Source: Candidatus Bathyarchaeota archaeon (GTDB taxonomy: Archaea > Thermoproteota > Bathyarchaeia > Bathyarchaeales > Bathycorpusculaceae). Taken from it: a DNA stretch of 64,000 bases. Below the pieces are notes generated by a model that saw nothing but the letters and a program-made list of their open reading frames with translations, did no database searches and was not told where the DNA came from. Shown piece by piece: positions 40,987 to 51,086 of this stretch. Numbering within the stretch: position 1 is the first letter of the stretch; every line of letters begins with the position of its first letter. The translations under genes were made by a program, and so were the position numbers. The DNA is taken from the NCBI GenBank assembly GCA_963767735.1, contig CAVYES010000004.1:527342-591341 (forward strand). Direction: 5' to 3'.

Positions 40987-41845
40987 GACAGTATTGCAAT
41001 CAGATAAACCAGCACCACAACCACTACAATCAGCATCGCAAGCAGGTAAACCAGTGCTGCAATTGGAAAACCTGAGCAAAACGTACACGCTTGGCAAACG
41101 CGAAGTTCCAGCCTTGGCAAATCTGAATCTTACAGTAAACGCCGGCGAGTTTGTGGCTATCATGGGTCCATCAGGCTCGGGCAAAACTACGCTATTAAAT
41201 GTTATCGGCTGCATTGACAAACCAACCAAAGGCAAAGTTTTATTGGACGGCATTGATGCTTCAGCGCTTCCGGAAAATCAGCTATACAAGATTAGAAGAG
41301 ACAAAATGGGTTTTGTATTTCAAACCTTTAATCTGTTGCCATATCTAAACGCTAGAGAAAACGTCGAGTTACCCATGGAAGGACGAGGCAAATCGAAAGC
41401 TGAACAAACACAAAGAGCAAAGGAGCTCTTAGCCATGGTTGGTCTTTCAGGAAGAGAAGAACACCGCCCCCAACGACTCAGCGCTGGAGAGCAGCAAAGG
41501 GTAGCTATTGCACGCGCGTTAGCAAATAATCCCGCTATAATCCTTGCGGATGAGCCTACAGGAAACTTGGATAGCCAGAATAAGCAGGGAATCATCAAGC
41601 TGCTGGGAAACCTTAATCTCAACCAAGGTACCACAATAATCATGGTCACCCATGACAGTCAAGCTGCACGCAATACAGAGCGAATGCTTCTGCTCAAAGA
41701 CGGAAAAATAGTTAAGGAAATGCAAGGTTTACATGCAAATAAAAAGAACCAGACATGCCCACACTGTGGAAGCCGCATTCAAGCCACTGACGATAAATGT
41801 CCAGCCTGCAAAAAACCGATTTATGCAAGCGATGAACTCTTCTGA
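40979..41845 (+). CDS. LolD-type ABC ATPase with a C-terminal zinc ribbon
   Basis: [29 protein letters not shown]. Confidence 0.93.
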   Translation: MSKTVLQSDKPAPQPLQSASQAGKPVLQLENLSKTYTLGKREVPALANLNLTVNAGEFVAIMGPSGSGKTTLLNVIGCIDKPTKGKVLLDGIDASALPENQLYKIRRDKMGFVFQTFNLLPYLNARENVELPMEGRGKSKAEQTQRAKELLAMVGLSGREEHRPQRLSAGEQQRVAIARALANNPAIILADEPTGNLDSQNKQGIIKLLGNLNLNQGTTIIMVTHDSQAARNTERMLLLKDGKIVKEMQGLHANKKNQTCPHCGSRIQATDDKCPACKKPIYASDELF

Positions 41846-41903
41846 CCTAAAATGCAAAGACAACAACTTCCAAAAACTTTTTTTAAATTTATGAGGATTT
41901 ACT

Positions 41904-43142
41904 ATGGAAACTCCATCTTCGCCTAGCCCAACGGTTAATTCATTCCAGGCGCCTCAAAAAACCCCAAAAACAAAGCGCTTTTCAGTTTTTATTATTGTTT
42001 TTCTTCTGATTGTGGGTTTGGTTGCTGGCGGTTTAATCGGGTACGCGGTGACTATTTCAGATTTTAACGGGAAACTCAATAGCATTCAAGCTCAGCTGAA
42101 TGGTTATTCTCAAAATGCAACTTATTATCCAAACGCAACATTCCTATTAGGCACTAATGTTTCTCTTTCGAATCTTTATTCACAAGTTCAATCGTCAGTA
42201 GTTATAATTCAAGATGTCGTACCCGAATATGGCGGTTTCTTTGATACTCTAATAGGATACGCCGAGCAGCAAGGTTCAGGATTCATAGCTTCAATAGACA
42301 ATCAATTGGTCATCGTAACCAACGACCATGTCATAGCAGACGCAACTAATGTCACCATAAGCTTCGCAGATGGCAGCAGCTACCCCGCGCAAGTGCTGGG
42401 TTCAGACCAACTATCTGACCTTGCAGTGCTTTCGATAACTCCCATGCCTGGCGGTTTGACGCCGCTGCCGCTTGTTAGCTCCAGTACTTTGCAGGTGGGA
42501 GAACCCGTCGTCGCGGTAGGTTCACCTTACGGCTTACTGGGAACATTAACCACAGGCGTCATCAGCGCGTTAGGTAGAACAATCACTGAATCAAGTGAAA
42601 CCGGAAGTACTGGTCCAACAATCTCAGATATAATTCAAACAAGCACCGCCATTAACCCGGGCAATTCAGGCGGTCCGCTTCTTAGTTATGCGGGCGAAGT
42701 CGTCGGCATAACAACTGCAGCTGTGTCTAGCTCCACTGGTTTAGGCTTTGCAATTCCATCAGATACAATAATGCGTGAACTCAGATCACTGGTGACAACT
42801 GGCTCATACAATGAGCATCCAACCATTGACGCCACGCTAACCGACATGAACTACCAGATTGCTCAAGCCATGGGAACCACCTTCACCTACGGATCACTCG
42901 TGGAAAGCGTTTCAGCGCAGAACGGACTTAAAGGCGGCACAACCCAAACCACAATTTTAGGCTCACCAGTAACAATAGGCGGTGACTTAATCATAGCTGT
43001 CAACGGAGTAAGAATAACCAATACTGACGACCTGCTATCTTATCTGGAGGAAAACACGCTGCCAGGCCAAACAGCCAATTTCACAGTTGTGCGAAACGGG
43101 CAAACACAAACAATCTCAGTAACCATTGGAAACTTATCATAA
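41904..43142 (+). CDS. htrA: Membrane-anchored HtrA/DegP protease (paralog 2)
   Basis: TNDHVI, DLAVL, GNSGG, PDZ. Confidence 0.92.
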   Translation: METPSSPSPTVNSFQAPQKTPKTKRFSVFIIVFLLIVGLVAGGLIGYAVTISDFNGKLNSIQAQLNGYSQNATYYPNATFLLGTNVSLSNLYSQVQSSVVIIQDVVPEYGGFFDTLIGYAEQQGSGFIASIDNQLVIVTNDHVIADATNVTISFADGSSYPAQVLGSDQLSDLAVLSITPMPGGLTPLPLVSSSTLQVGEPVVAVGSPYGLLGTLTTGVISALGRTITESSETGSTGPTISDIIQTSTAINPGNSGGPLLSYAGEVVGITTAAVSSSTGLGFAIPSDTIMRELRSLVTTGSYNEHPTIDATLTDMNYQIAQAMGTTFTYGSLVESVSAQNGLKGGTTQTTILGSPVTIGGDLIIAVNGVRITNTDDLLSYLEENTLPGQTANFTVVRNGQTQTISVTIGNLS

Positions 43143-43352
43143 CAAAAGGTCCACCCTAATTTTTAAACAAGAAAAACCCCAATTAGAAATAAGCCTCGCC
43201 CCACCATTTACACGCATTTCCTTGGTAGTAAAAGACAACAGGCAATTCTTTTCGAAAATTACTAAGGTCAGCCGAATTAGCAGTTGCCATTTTTAAGTGA
43301 GAAAGGTAGTAATCGGTATTTTTATAAGTTTAACGTTTGAAATAATTGGTTC

Positions 43353-44138
43353 ATGCAAGCTGAATTTGGAATAATCGGTGGAACAGGTCTCTATGACCCT
43401 AAGCTTCTCAAGAATGTTCAGGAAGTAACGGTTGAAACTCCCTACGGTAAACCTTCAGACGCCATAACTGTTGGCGAGTTAGAGGGTAAATGTGTGGCTT
43501 TTCTGCCAAGACACGGAAAAAAACACACAATCAGACCCACGGACATCAACGTTAGAGCCAACATCTTTGCGTTAAAGAAGCTTGGCGTGAAACGAATTCT
43601 TGCGCCATCAACCGTTGGATCCTTAAGGGAAGAATATCATCCGGGCGAAATCGTCTTCTGCGACCAATTCATCGACCGAACCACAAGGCGAGAACAATCA
43701 TTCTACACCGAGAATCAGGTATGCCACATATCTGTAGCTGAACCCATGTGTCCCGAGCTAAGACAAAACATAATTGCCGTCGCAAAAAGCATGGGCGTAA
43801 AAATGCATGAGACTGGAACTTACGTGTGCATTGAGGGACCGCGGTTTTCCACCAAAGCAGAATCAAAAATGTATCGACAGTGGGAAGCAGACGTTGTCGG
43901 CATGACGCTGGTTCCTGAATGTGTTCTGGCAAGAGAAGCAGAAATATGCTACGCGTCGATTTCAACCGTAACCGACTATGACGTTTGGAAGGACCATCCA
44001 GTCAGCGTTGACGAAGTCGTCAAGATAATGAAGTCAAACATCGAAAACGTAAAACGAATAATAGCTGAAACAGTGGCTAAACTGCCAAGTGAACGAGCCT
44101 GCAAATGCAACGAAGCCTTAAAAGGAGCCATAGTTTAA
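43353..44138 (+). CDS. mtnP: S-methyl-5'-thioadenosine phosphorylase
   Basis: GIIGGTG, RHG, EGPRFST, VGMT, TDYD. Confidence 0.93.
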   Translation: MQAEFGIIGGTGLYDPKLLKNVQEVTVETPYGKPSDAITVGELEGKCVAFLPRHGKKHTIRPTDINVRANIFALKKLGVKRILAPSTVGSLREEYHPGEIVFCDQFIDRTTRREQSFYTENQVCHISVAEPMCPELRQNIIAVAKSMGVKMHETGTYVCIEGPRFSTKAESKMYRQWEADVVGMTLVPECVLAREAEICYASISTVTDYDVWKDHPVSVDEVVKIMKSNIENVKRIIAETVAKLPSERACKCNEALKGAIV

Positions 44139-44152
44139 AGGAGAAACAAAAA

Positions 44153-44698
44153 ATGAGCAAGAAAACTGCCGAATTGGATCTTAAGTTAAAAGTTCGAAGA
44201 ATACCCGAGTTTAAAGGCGTGGTTTTCTGGGATATCACCCCCCTTTTGAAAGACAAGAATTGCCTTCACCGTTCAATTAAACAGTTAGCAGACCATTACA
44301 GGGGAAAACCAATTGACGTGGTGGTCTCAAACGAAGCTAGAGGTTTCATAGTTGGCGCAGCTGTAGCTTACGAGTTGGGCGTAGGTTTTGTTCCTATACG
44401 CAAGAAAGGCAAGTTGCCTTCCAAATGCGTTGACCTCACCTACAAAAAAGAGTATGAGTCTGACACTATCGAAATTCATGAAGACGCCATCGAAAAAGGC
44501 CAAAACATTTTGCTGATTGATGATTTACTTGCCACTGGCGGCACCGTGAAAGCGAATATTGAATTGGTCGAAAAGTTAGGCGGCAATGTGGTAGGCTTAG
44601 GCTTTTTGATTGAATTGGGTTATTTGAATGGCAGAAAAATGGTAGGCAACAAATACGATGTGTACTCGCTTATTCAATTAAAAACACCAAAAGGCTAA
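44153..44698 (+). CDS. apt: Adenine phosphoribosyltransferase
   Basis: EARGF, RKKGKLP, IDDLLATGGT. Confidence 0.93.
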   Translation: MSKKTAELDLKLKVRRIPEFKGVVFWDITPLLKDKNCLHRSIKQLADHYRGKPIDVVVSNEARGFIVGAAVAYELGVGFVPIRKKGKLPSKCVDLTYKKEYESDTIEIHEDAIEKGQNILLIDDLLATGGTVKANIELVEKLGGNVVGLGFLIELGYLNGRKMVGNKYDVYSLIQLKTPKG

Positions 44699-45033
44699 AA
44701 CTCATTTTCCGGGCTTGGCTTTTTAAGAAGGTACAGGTTAAGCCTCAATTCTTTTCCTCCACGAGGCGACAAAAATTAGTGCGAATGGGCTCGGTTTGCT
44801 TTCTTTGTGCCTTCTGAGGAAAAAGCAGGTTTCCGCCAAGCCCCAGCTTCTTCAGCTGCATGCACCAATGATGCTGGCGATGTTATATTGATTTGTTGGA
44901 GGTGCTATACAGCAACCCAGCTTTAATAGCTGTGCTTCGAAAATTTAAGGTAGTTATGCGTGGGAATTGTTTGGAAAACGTTTTCATTGATTTAGGTGCC
45001 CAAATAAACGCCGTCTATCCTGAAGGGGAGATA

Positions 45034-45270
45034 ATGAAGCTTAAAAGAAACGCTTTCGTTTTCATAAACGCTGAACCTAACGCGGGCAAAAGCACATTTG
45101 ATGATTTGAAAAAAGTTGAAGGCGTAAAAGAAATGTGTCTTTCAAATGGCGCTTACGATTATGTTGTAAAAGTCAGCGGCGAATCCTTAGATCATCTTCG
45201 AGAAATCATCTGTAAGCAAATAAAGAATTTGAGCAACATCAAGTTAACTTTGACTTTAATGGTAATTTAA
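45034..45270 (+). CDS. Lrp/AsnC ligand-binding (RAM) domain protein
   Basis: AFVFI...GV.E....GAYD. Confidence 0.8.
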   Translation: MKLKRNAFVFINAEPNAGKSTFDDLKKVEGVKEMCLSNGAYDYVVKVSGESLDHLREIICKQIKNLSNIKLTLTLMVI

Positions 45271-45298
45271 CTTCTCAGCGCAGAGTAAACCAAGGTTT

Positions 45299-45679
45299 TC
45301 AGGTTTCCAACTCTAGGTACTTCTGCAGACTATAAGCGAACTCAACAAAATTCAACTCGCCATTTTCTGGAGTATACAAGAAGTCCTTGTATTTTGCGTG
45401 AAGCCGCTCGACTATTTTTATTTCAAGTAGTTTTGCAACTGGACCAAAGATTTTCTCGATGGCTCTAGCAAAATCTTTAATTTCATAGGGAATCTCGTTT
45501 TCATTTATGCCGTAATAATTTTTTAAGTGACGGTAAATGGCTTGCTTGTTGACGTCGCCTAAACCTGAGAGAATATCGTCTATTGCCTCCGATAGTTGTG
45601 TTTCAAAAATAATTTCAGACGGTTGGTTCTCGATTAAAAACGATATGGGAGTACTTAGGTCAGTTTGAGTTTGCATCAA
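45299..45679 (-). CDS. DUF3227-like protein
   Basis: AID..L..LG...IY.HL...IP....F..A.E.IFG. Confidence 0.7.
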   Translation of the reverse strand: MMQTQTDLSTPISFLIENQPSEIIFETQLSEAIDDILSGLGDVNKQAIYRHLKNYYGINENEIPYEIKDFARAIEKIFGPVAKLLEIKIVERLHAKYKDFLYTPENGELNFVEFAYSLQKYLELET

Positions 45680-46094
45680 TTTATCAACTCTTACCTTTTT
45701 TGTCTCAAGGGTAACACAACTGTATCGTAATATTTAATATATAAATGTTGACAAAACGTTGAAAAAAGTAACAACTGTAGAGCACATATTCAAGTGCTAC
45801 TAATTAGTGAGTTATGAGTAAAGAACAAACCGGGACTTGGCGTATTTTAGTTTTCAGCCATATTGAGGGATATCTCTTTACGATGTTGTATTGACTTTTT
45901 TGATATGTTCGTTTAAATGTTTCCAAAACATGTAGCGACTTCGCCACGGTTCACCGTCACAATAGGGACAACTAAACGTTGGCTCTCTCAATCAGCCATC
46001 ACACCTTAACTTTAAAAAAGTATCTCATGCGCGATATATGAGTATGTGGCTGCAAAGGAACTACAACGAAAAAATCGGCGAATCTTCAATCTTC

Positions 46095-46637
46095 CTATTT
46101 TGATAGAACGGACCTTGTGGTTCGCAAATAAACTTGAAAATCATTATCAGAGAATAAAACGAAAATAACTTTCTCAAGCTTATCTTCTTTTTCCAAAAAA
46201 TCTTTAACGGTTTTCACGGCTATTAGACTGGCGTCTTCAATGGGGTAACCATATGCTCCAGTGCTGATTGATGGAAACGCAATTGTCTTAAGTCCTTTGG
46301 TAACAGCAAGCTTTAACGAGTTTTTGTATGCTTGCTTCAGTAGTTCAGCTTCAACATGGAATCCTCCGAGCCACACGGGCCCGACCGTGTGAATGACATA
46401 TTTGGCTTTTAAGTTGCCGCCTGAAGTAATGACTGCTTTTCCAGTTGGAAGACCATCTGGCCATTCCGTTGCCCTTATGCGTCGGCATTCCTCCAGAATC
46501 ACAGGTCCGCCTTTGCGATGAATTGCCCCATCCACTCCGCCGCCGCCCATAAGTGATGAATTTGCTGCGTTCACGATCGCGTCTGCTTCGATGTCTGTGA
46601 GGTCTCCTTTAATTAGTTGCAAGCGTGGCTTTTCCAA
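46095..46637 (-). CDS. Macro-domain O-acetyl-ADP-ribose deacetylase (YmdB-like)
   Basis: GD.T, NAAN..L.GGGGV, HTVGP, ISTGAYGYP. Confidence 0.93.
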   Translation of the reverse strand: MEKPRLQLIKGDLTDIEADAIVNAANSSLMGGGGVDGAIHRKGGPVILEECRRIRATEWPDGLPTGKAVITSGGNLKAKYVIHTVGPVWLGGFHVEAELLKQAYKNSLKLAVTKGLKTIAFPSISTGAYGYPIEDASLIAVKTVKDFLEKEDKLEKVIFVLFSDNDFQVYLRTTRSVLSK

Positions 46638-46673
46638 CTTGAAATTCCATGAGCATTATTTCACTCTTGTTTA

Positions 46674-47327
46674 CTATATAACTATGCTAATGACTGAAGC
46701 TATGGCTGATCCCATAAAGTATGCGCCGAAACCTATGAAAACGGCCACGCAAAAAAGCGTTATTCCTATTCTTACCTTCTGGTTCCAGCGTTGAGACCAG
46801 AGTTGCTGTGATTTAAAAATCGCGAGTGCTATAACCGTGTAAAATGACAAGTCGCAGAGCCAATGCACTCCAGCAAACAGTGAAAAGCCTATTATCCCGA
46901 ATAGTTGAGCGTTAAGAATCAGAGCTGTACCTATAGTTAACCACCAAAGGATAAAACCTGCGTTTACCGCGGTTGTATAAATTCCTGCTAGCACTGAATC
47001 TCGACTGGAACTAACAGGAGCATCCTCAGTTTTATTTCGTTTCCTAAACGTTTGAACACCCATCAAAACCATCAATAAGCCGCCGACTGCTTCCACCGAA
47101 ACCTGAACAAAACTCGGAATCTTAAATTGGCTTAAAACGAAAAAGATTGCAAGCATCAATGGAAACTCAACTATTCCGTGGCCCACGGCGATTAATGCGC
47201 CTGTAGCTTTACGTTTAGTAGCTTTTTGAATAGTGACCGCGAATAATGGTCCAGGCATTAAAACGCCTGACAGCGAAATTAAAAAAACCGAAGCTAAAAA
47301 CAAGTATTCGTTAGTGATAAAAGCCAT
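46674..47327 (-). CDS. LysE-family transporter
   Basis: SG..PGP, GH..VE, WW..G. Confidence 0.88.
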   Translation of the reverse strand: MAFITNEYLFLASVFLISLSGVLMPGPLFAVTIQKATKRKATGALIAVGHGIVEFPLMLAIFFVLSQFKIPSFVQVSVEAVGGLLMVLMGVQTFRKRNKTEDAPVSSSRDSVLAGIYTTAVNAGFILWWLTIGTALILNAQLFGIIGFSLFAGVHWLCDLSFYTVIALAIFKSQQLWSQRWNQKVRIGITLFCVAVFIGFGAYFMGSAIASVISIVI

Positions 47328-47350
47328 AGACCCTTAACTGCTCCTCCACA

Positions 47351-47959
47351 TCAATGCTTCCTTCCCACGGTTATTAAGAGAATCCGTGACCACCGCCATG
47401 GCTCTTGCTGTAACTCAACACTTAACTCTGCTTGCGTAAACATTTCGCGTATTTTTCCGGGATTGTTAAATCTGAAATGGCGAACGAAAAGTGATAACCA
47501 ATGTGGAATTGTGATATCGGCCAGCAAAAACATTCCTTGCGGTCGTAAAACACGCGCGATTTCGCTGATGCCCTTAGCTTGATTTGCCCAATGGTGAAAT
47601 GAAAGGGTGCTAAAGGCAAGGTCAACGGAGGCATCCGGCAGAGGCAAGGCTTCAGCCATAGCAACATGAAATTCTGCTTCTGAGAAAAGCTGAGTTGCCT
47701 GCTGTATCATTTTCTCGGCTGCATCAACACCAACCAAACGGGAATTGGGCCATTGTTGCTTGGCTTTTCTGAGAAGTCGTCCCGTTCCGCAACCCACATC
47801 CATAATGACTTCTGGGCTGCTTTGATTCTTAGCTAATTTTAAAACTCTTCTCTGCACCCTATCAAAAAAATAACTCTGGCTACTTGCAGTCTCATAAGTT
47901 GCTGCTCTGCGGTTGAAATGTTCAACATCAGGGTTCTGCTGCTCTGATCCCATGCTCAT
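47351..47959 (-). CDS. Class I SAM-dependent methyltransferase
   Basis: DVGCGTG, LP.D..D, RVL.P.G. Confidence 0.9.
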   Translation of the reverse strand: MSMGSEQQNPDVEHFNRRAATYETASSQSYFFDRVQRRVLKLAKNQSSPEVIMDVGCGTGRLLRKAKQQWPNSRLVGVDAAEKMIQQATQLFSEAEFHVAMAEALPLPDASVDLAFSTLSFHHWANQAKGISEIARVLRPQGMFLLADITIPHWLSLFVRHFRFNNPGKIREMFTQAELSVELQQEPWRWSRILLITVGRKH

Positions 47960-48032
47960 TTCCTTAGGTAAATTGAAACAAACGTTTACCTTGCTTAAGT
48001 ATTGTGGTTAATTAGCCTTTTCAGGTCTGGTT

Positions 48033-48055
48033 GTATACAAAAGCATCACCAAAAC
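48033..48055 (+). repeat. Dispersed motif copy 1: GTATACAAAAGCATCACCAAAAC
   Basis: Intergenic; 8 copies in the window. Confidence 0.85.
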
Positions 48056-48059
48056 AAAG

Positions 48060-48617
48060 TTAATCGCATCTTTTCCCCTTCAGAAGCCGCGTCTGCATCT
48101 CCACGATTTCACCGCTGTCTTTCGCCAACGAGTAATTGTCTAGCAAAACGTTGTTCAGCTCGAAAAACGTGTGTCCCCAAGTGAAAATCGACAAAAGCTC
48201 TTCAGCTTCATTCTTGAAACCCGCAATATACAAGGCGGCAGCGATGGCTTCAGCGGTAGTTAGCTTTGTAAGTTTGCCATAATTAACAGGGTTGCCCGCA
48301 ATCAAGATTGGCAAGCAGCGGCTGGTTCCTTTAACGTGTTTTCCCATAACTTTCTGGGCATGTTCCCAACTGCAGTCCAACGCCGCCAACCCAAATTGCT
48401 CAAGCCGTTCCCTGTCTGCTGGAGAAAACGCAATCTTGCCGAAAGGGTTCAGGACGATGGCTCGCTTTGGCAAAAACCTTGCCTTAGTGACTATCCTAGC
48501 TAGTCCCCGACGTTTCAGCCTTAGCGCAGTGTTTTTTTTAGGGTCATCCTGCGCTGCATGATAAATGTTAATCCTTACGGGGAAAGCTGGTTTTTGAGCA
48601 GCAGAGTTATTTTCCAC
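48060..48617 (-). CDS. tsr3: 16S rRNA aminocarboxypropyltransferase
   Basis: DDPKK.TA, DCSW, R.LP.L.A.NPVNYG, F.WG..F. Confidence 0.93.
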   Translation of the reverse strand: MENNSAAQKPAFPVRINIYHAAQDDPKKNTALRLKRRGLARIVTKARFLPKRAIVLNPFGKIAFSPADRERLEQFGLAALDCSWEHAQKVMGKHVKGTSRCLPILIAGNPVNYGKLTKLTTAEAIAAALYIAGFKNEAEELLSIFTWGHTFFELNNVLLDNYSLAKDSGEIVEMQTRLLKGKRCD

Positions 48618-50148
48618 TTGGATTACGCACCTTCAAGTGACTCATAGGATCTTCCAAAACCTGCGGAATCCAATCAATAATGTCCGTGGCAACCATGTGA
48701 AAACCAATTTCGCTTGCAACAAAGTCTCCTGCCGCGCCGTTGACGAAGGCGCCAGCCACGGAAGCTTCAAACGGGTCAACATGCTGAGCCATTAAACCGC
48801 CAACGATGCCGCTGAGAACATCTCCAGTTCCCCCGACAGTCATGCCTTGGTTCCCAGTGAAATTCAACTTTACTTTTTCAGCGCTGCATATAATGTCAAC
48901 TTTGCCCTTAACAAGAACAACCGAGTTAAGTCTTTTCGCGGTTTTTTGTATTGCCATGACGCGTTCTTCTTGGCTTTCAGGTAAGGTTTCACCAGTAAGA
49001 ATCGCGTATTCACCTGCGTGGGGGGTAAGAACAAGTGGCACCTTTAGGGGTCTTTTGAATTTCGCAAAGGATTTTAATCCATCCGCATCCAAAAGCAAAG
49101 GTTTTCCAGCCTTCTCCACTTCTTCTACACAGAGCCTGACAAACTCTGCAGTTTCAGAGTTTAATCTTAAGCCTGGACCCATCGCAACTGCGTCAACCAT
49201 GCTAAGATAGGGTTTTAGCGTTTCCATGTTGCTTGGTTTCAAATTGCTGCCTTTCAGCTTTATCGTTATTAAGTCAGGGGACATTGAAGAGATGGCATAT
49301 GCAGTCTTTTCGGGAGCTGCAAGATAAACGATGTCGACGCCCGTCCGCATTGCACCAAGTGAAACCAATGTAGGCGCTCCCGAGTAAACCTCACTTCCGC
49401 CGATAACCAGTAATCGCCCGGAATCACCCTTATGAGCTGTCGGAATACGTGATTTTGTAGCCAACTTAACATCACCTGGACCAGCGTATTCTTCTACTTC
49501 ATGCGGCAAACCTATATCTTTCACAACCAGTTCGCCCACATGCTTTTGCGCTTTTTCCAAGCCTTTTTTCGCCCTATGGAATGACACTGTTAGATCGGCT
49601 TTTACAGCGGTACCTAAAGCTTCGCCGGTATCCGAATCTATACCTGTTGGAACATCAACAGCTAATTTAAACGCCTTCAAAGAATTAATATATTCAACTA
49701 CTTGGCTGATTGGCGGCTTAAGTTGGCCTTTAGTTCCCGTTCCCAGCAAAGCATCAACGACTATGTCAGCAGTCAATTTTGGTAGGGCAGAACTATCGGT
49801 TACTTCAATCAGCATAATCTTATCTTGCAAAGACTGGAGAATCAAATAGTTTTTCAATGCAGAGTCATGGTTAATGTCGCGTCCTCTGCCCACAAGAATA
49901 ACTGTAACGCTGTAGCCGGCGGCTAAAAGGTGTCTAGCAACTACAAAGCCGTCACCGCCGTTTCCGCCTAAACCGCAGAAAACAGCAATTTTCATTCCTT
50001 TTGGGAAGCGCGAGGTGATTTCTTGAGCTACGTTACATCCAGCGTTTTCCATAAGTTGAAGCAGGCTTATGCCAAAGTATTCCGAGTTGGTTTCGAGGGC
50101 ACGCATTTCCCTGCTTGAAATGAAAGAGTCTTGGTTTTTAACCTGCAT
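48607..50148 (-). CDS. nnr: Bifunctional NAD(P)H-hydrate epimerase/dehydratase
   Basis: LMENAG, GNGGDG, DALLGTG, TPH.GE, GGTGDVL. Confidence 0.93.
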   Translation of the reverse strand: MQVKNQDSFISSREMRALETNSEYFGISLLQLMENAGCNVAQEITSRFPKGMKIAVFCGLGGNGGDGFVVARHLLAAGYSVTVILVGRGRDINHDSALKNYLILQSLQDKIMLIEVTDSSALPKLTADIVVDALLGTGTKGQLKPPISQVVEYINSLKAFKLAVDVPTGIDSDTGEALGTAVKADLTVSFHRAKKGLEKAQKHVGELVVKDIGLPHEVEEYAGPGDVKLATKSRIPTAHKGDSGRLLVIGGSEVYSGAPTLVSLGAMRTGVDIVYLAAPEKTAYAISSMSPDLITIKLKGSNLKPSNMETLKPYLSMVDAVAMGPGLRLNSETAEFVRLCVEEVEKAGKPLLLDADGLKSFAKFKRPLKVPLVLTPHAGEYAILTGETLPESQEERVMAIQKTAKRLNSVVLVKGKVDIICSAEKVKLNFTGNQGMTVGGTGDVLSGIVGGLMAQHVDPFEASVAGAFVNGAAGDFVASEIGFHMVATDIIDWIPQVLEDPMSHLKVRNPSGK

Positions 50149-50203
50149 GTTTGATGCCTAGTTAAATTATTGTTACAGTTAAAAGATAAGCCTATCCTTA
50201 ACG

Positions 50204-50226
50204 GTATACAAAAGCATCAACAAAAC
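50204..50226 (+). repeat. Dispersed motif copy 2
   Basis: GTATACAAAAGCATCAACAAAAC. Confidence 0.85.
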
Positions 50227-50357
50227 AAACTAAAACAGCAACTTACTTTTAGGCAGGTTCCATCAATAACGTTTATCAATAGTATTAACCCTATCTTACA
50301 TAGAAGCTTAAGTGATTTTTTAAAGAAAACTAAACAATTTGAAAACAGGTGTCTTGT

Positions 50358-51086
50358 ATGAAAAAAAAATATATAATAACAATTTCTGATGCCCTTTTGA
50401 TAACTGATATCCAAAAAGATTTCATGCTTAGCGGAGCCCTGCCCGTTGAAGGCAGCGAGGAAATAATTCCTGTTTTAAACGCCTATGAAAAACGTTTTGA
50501 AAATGCCAAAGCTCACGTTTTTGCTTCAAGAGGTTGGCATCCAACCGATCATATTTCATTCAAAACACAAGGTGGTCCTTGGCCGCCTCATTGTGTTCAG
50601 GGAACGGAGGGTGCAAAATTTAGTCCTGACCTTAAACTGCCCCCTGGGGTCGTGGTTATTTCGAAGGCTACAAATCCTGAACACGAAAGTTATTCAGTTT
50701 TTGACGGAACAAGCTTCGCTCATGAATTACGGATGTGTGAAGTTAAACGGCTTTTTGTCGCTGGCTTAGCAACAGATTACTGCGTCGTAAACACGGTTCT
50801 TGACGCACGTAAACTTGGCTACGAAACAGTGGTGCTTATGGACGCAACGTTAGGCATAAACGTGGAACCTGGCGACGTGGACAGGGCGTTTGCTGCGATG
50901 CTTAAAGCTGGAGCTGAACACGCAATAAACGATGACTTTCCAGATGCAGTTGACACTTTACCTTTAGAGGAAACCGAACCCGACGCAATAGAAGAAAGGC
51001 CTTTGGAGAGAGCGGCTGTCAAGAAAAAAGCACGAATGCGCCCAAGAGGATCCTCTAAGAGGATTCGCACGGAAAACACCAAGTAA
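50358..51086 (+). CDS. pncA: Nicotinamidase/isochorismatase family
   Basis: DIQ.DF, WPPHCVQGT, K, LATDYCV; the usual RDWH reads RGWH. Confidence 0.88.
   Translation: MKKKYIITISDALLITDIQKDFMLSGALPVEGSEEIIPVLNAYEKRFENAKAHVFASRGWHPTDHISFKTQGGPWPPHCVQGTEGAKFSPDLKLPPGVVVISKATNPEHESYSVFDGTSFAHELRMCEVKRLFVAGLATDYCVVNTVLDARKLGYETVVLMDATLGINVEPGDVDRAFAAMLKAGAEHAINDDFPDAVDTLPLEETEPDAIEERPLERAAVKKKARMRPRGSSKRIRTENTK

Noticed and set aside
43353-51086. NAD/purine salvage genes (mtnP, apt, macro domain, nnr, pncA) as a novel system
   Set aside because: Common housekeeping genes spread over different transcription units
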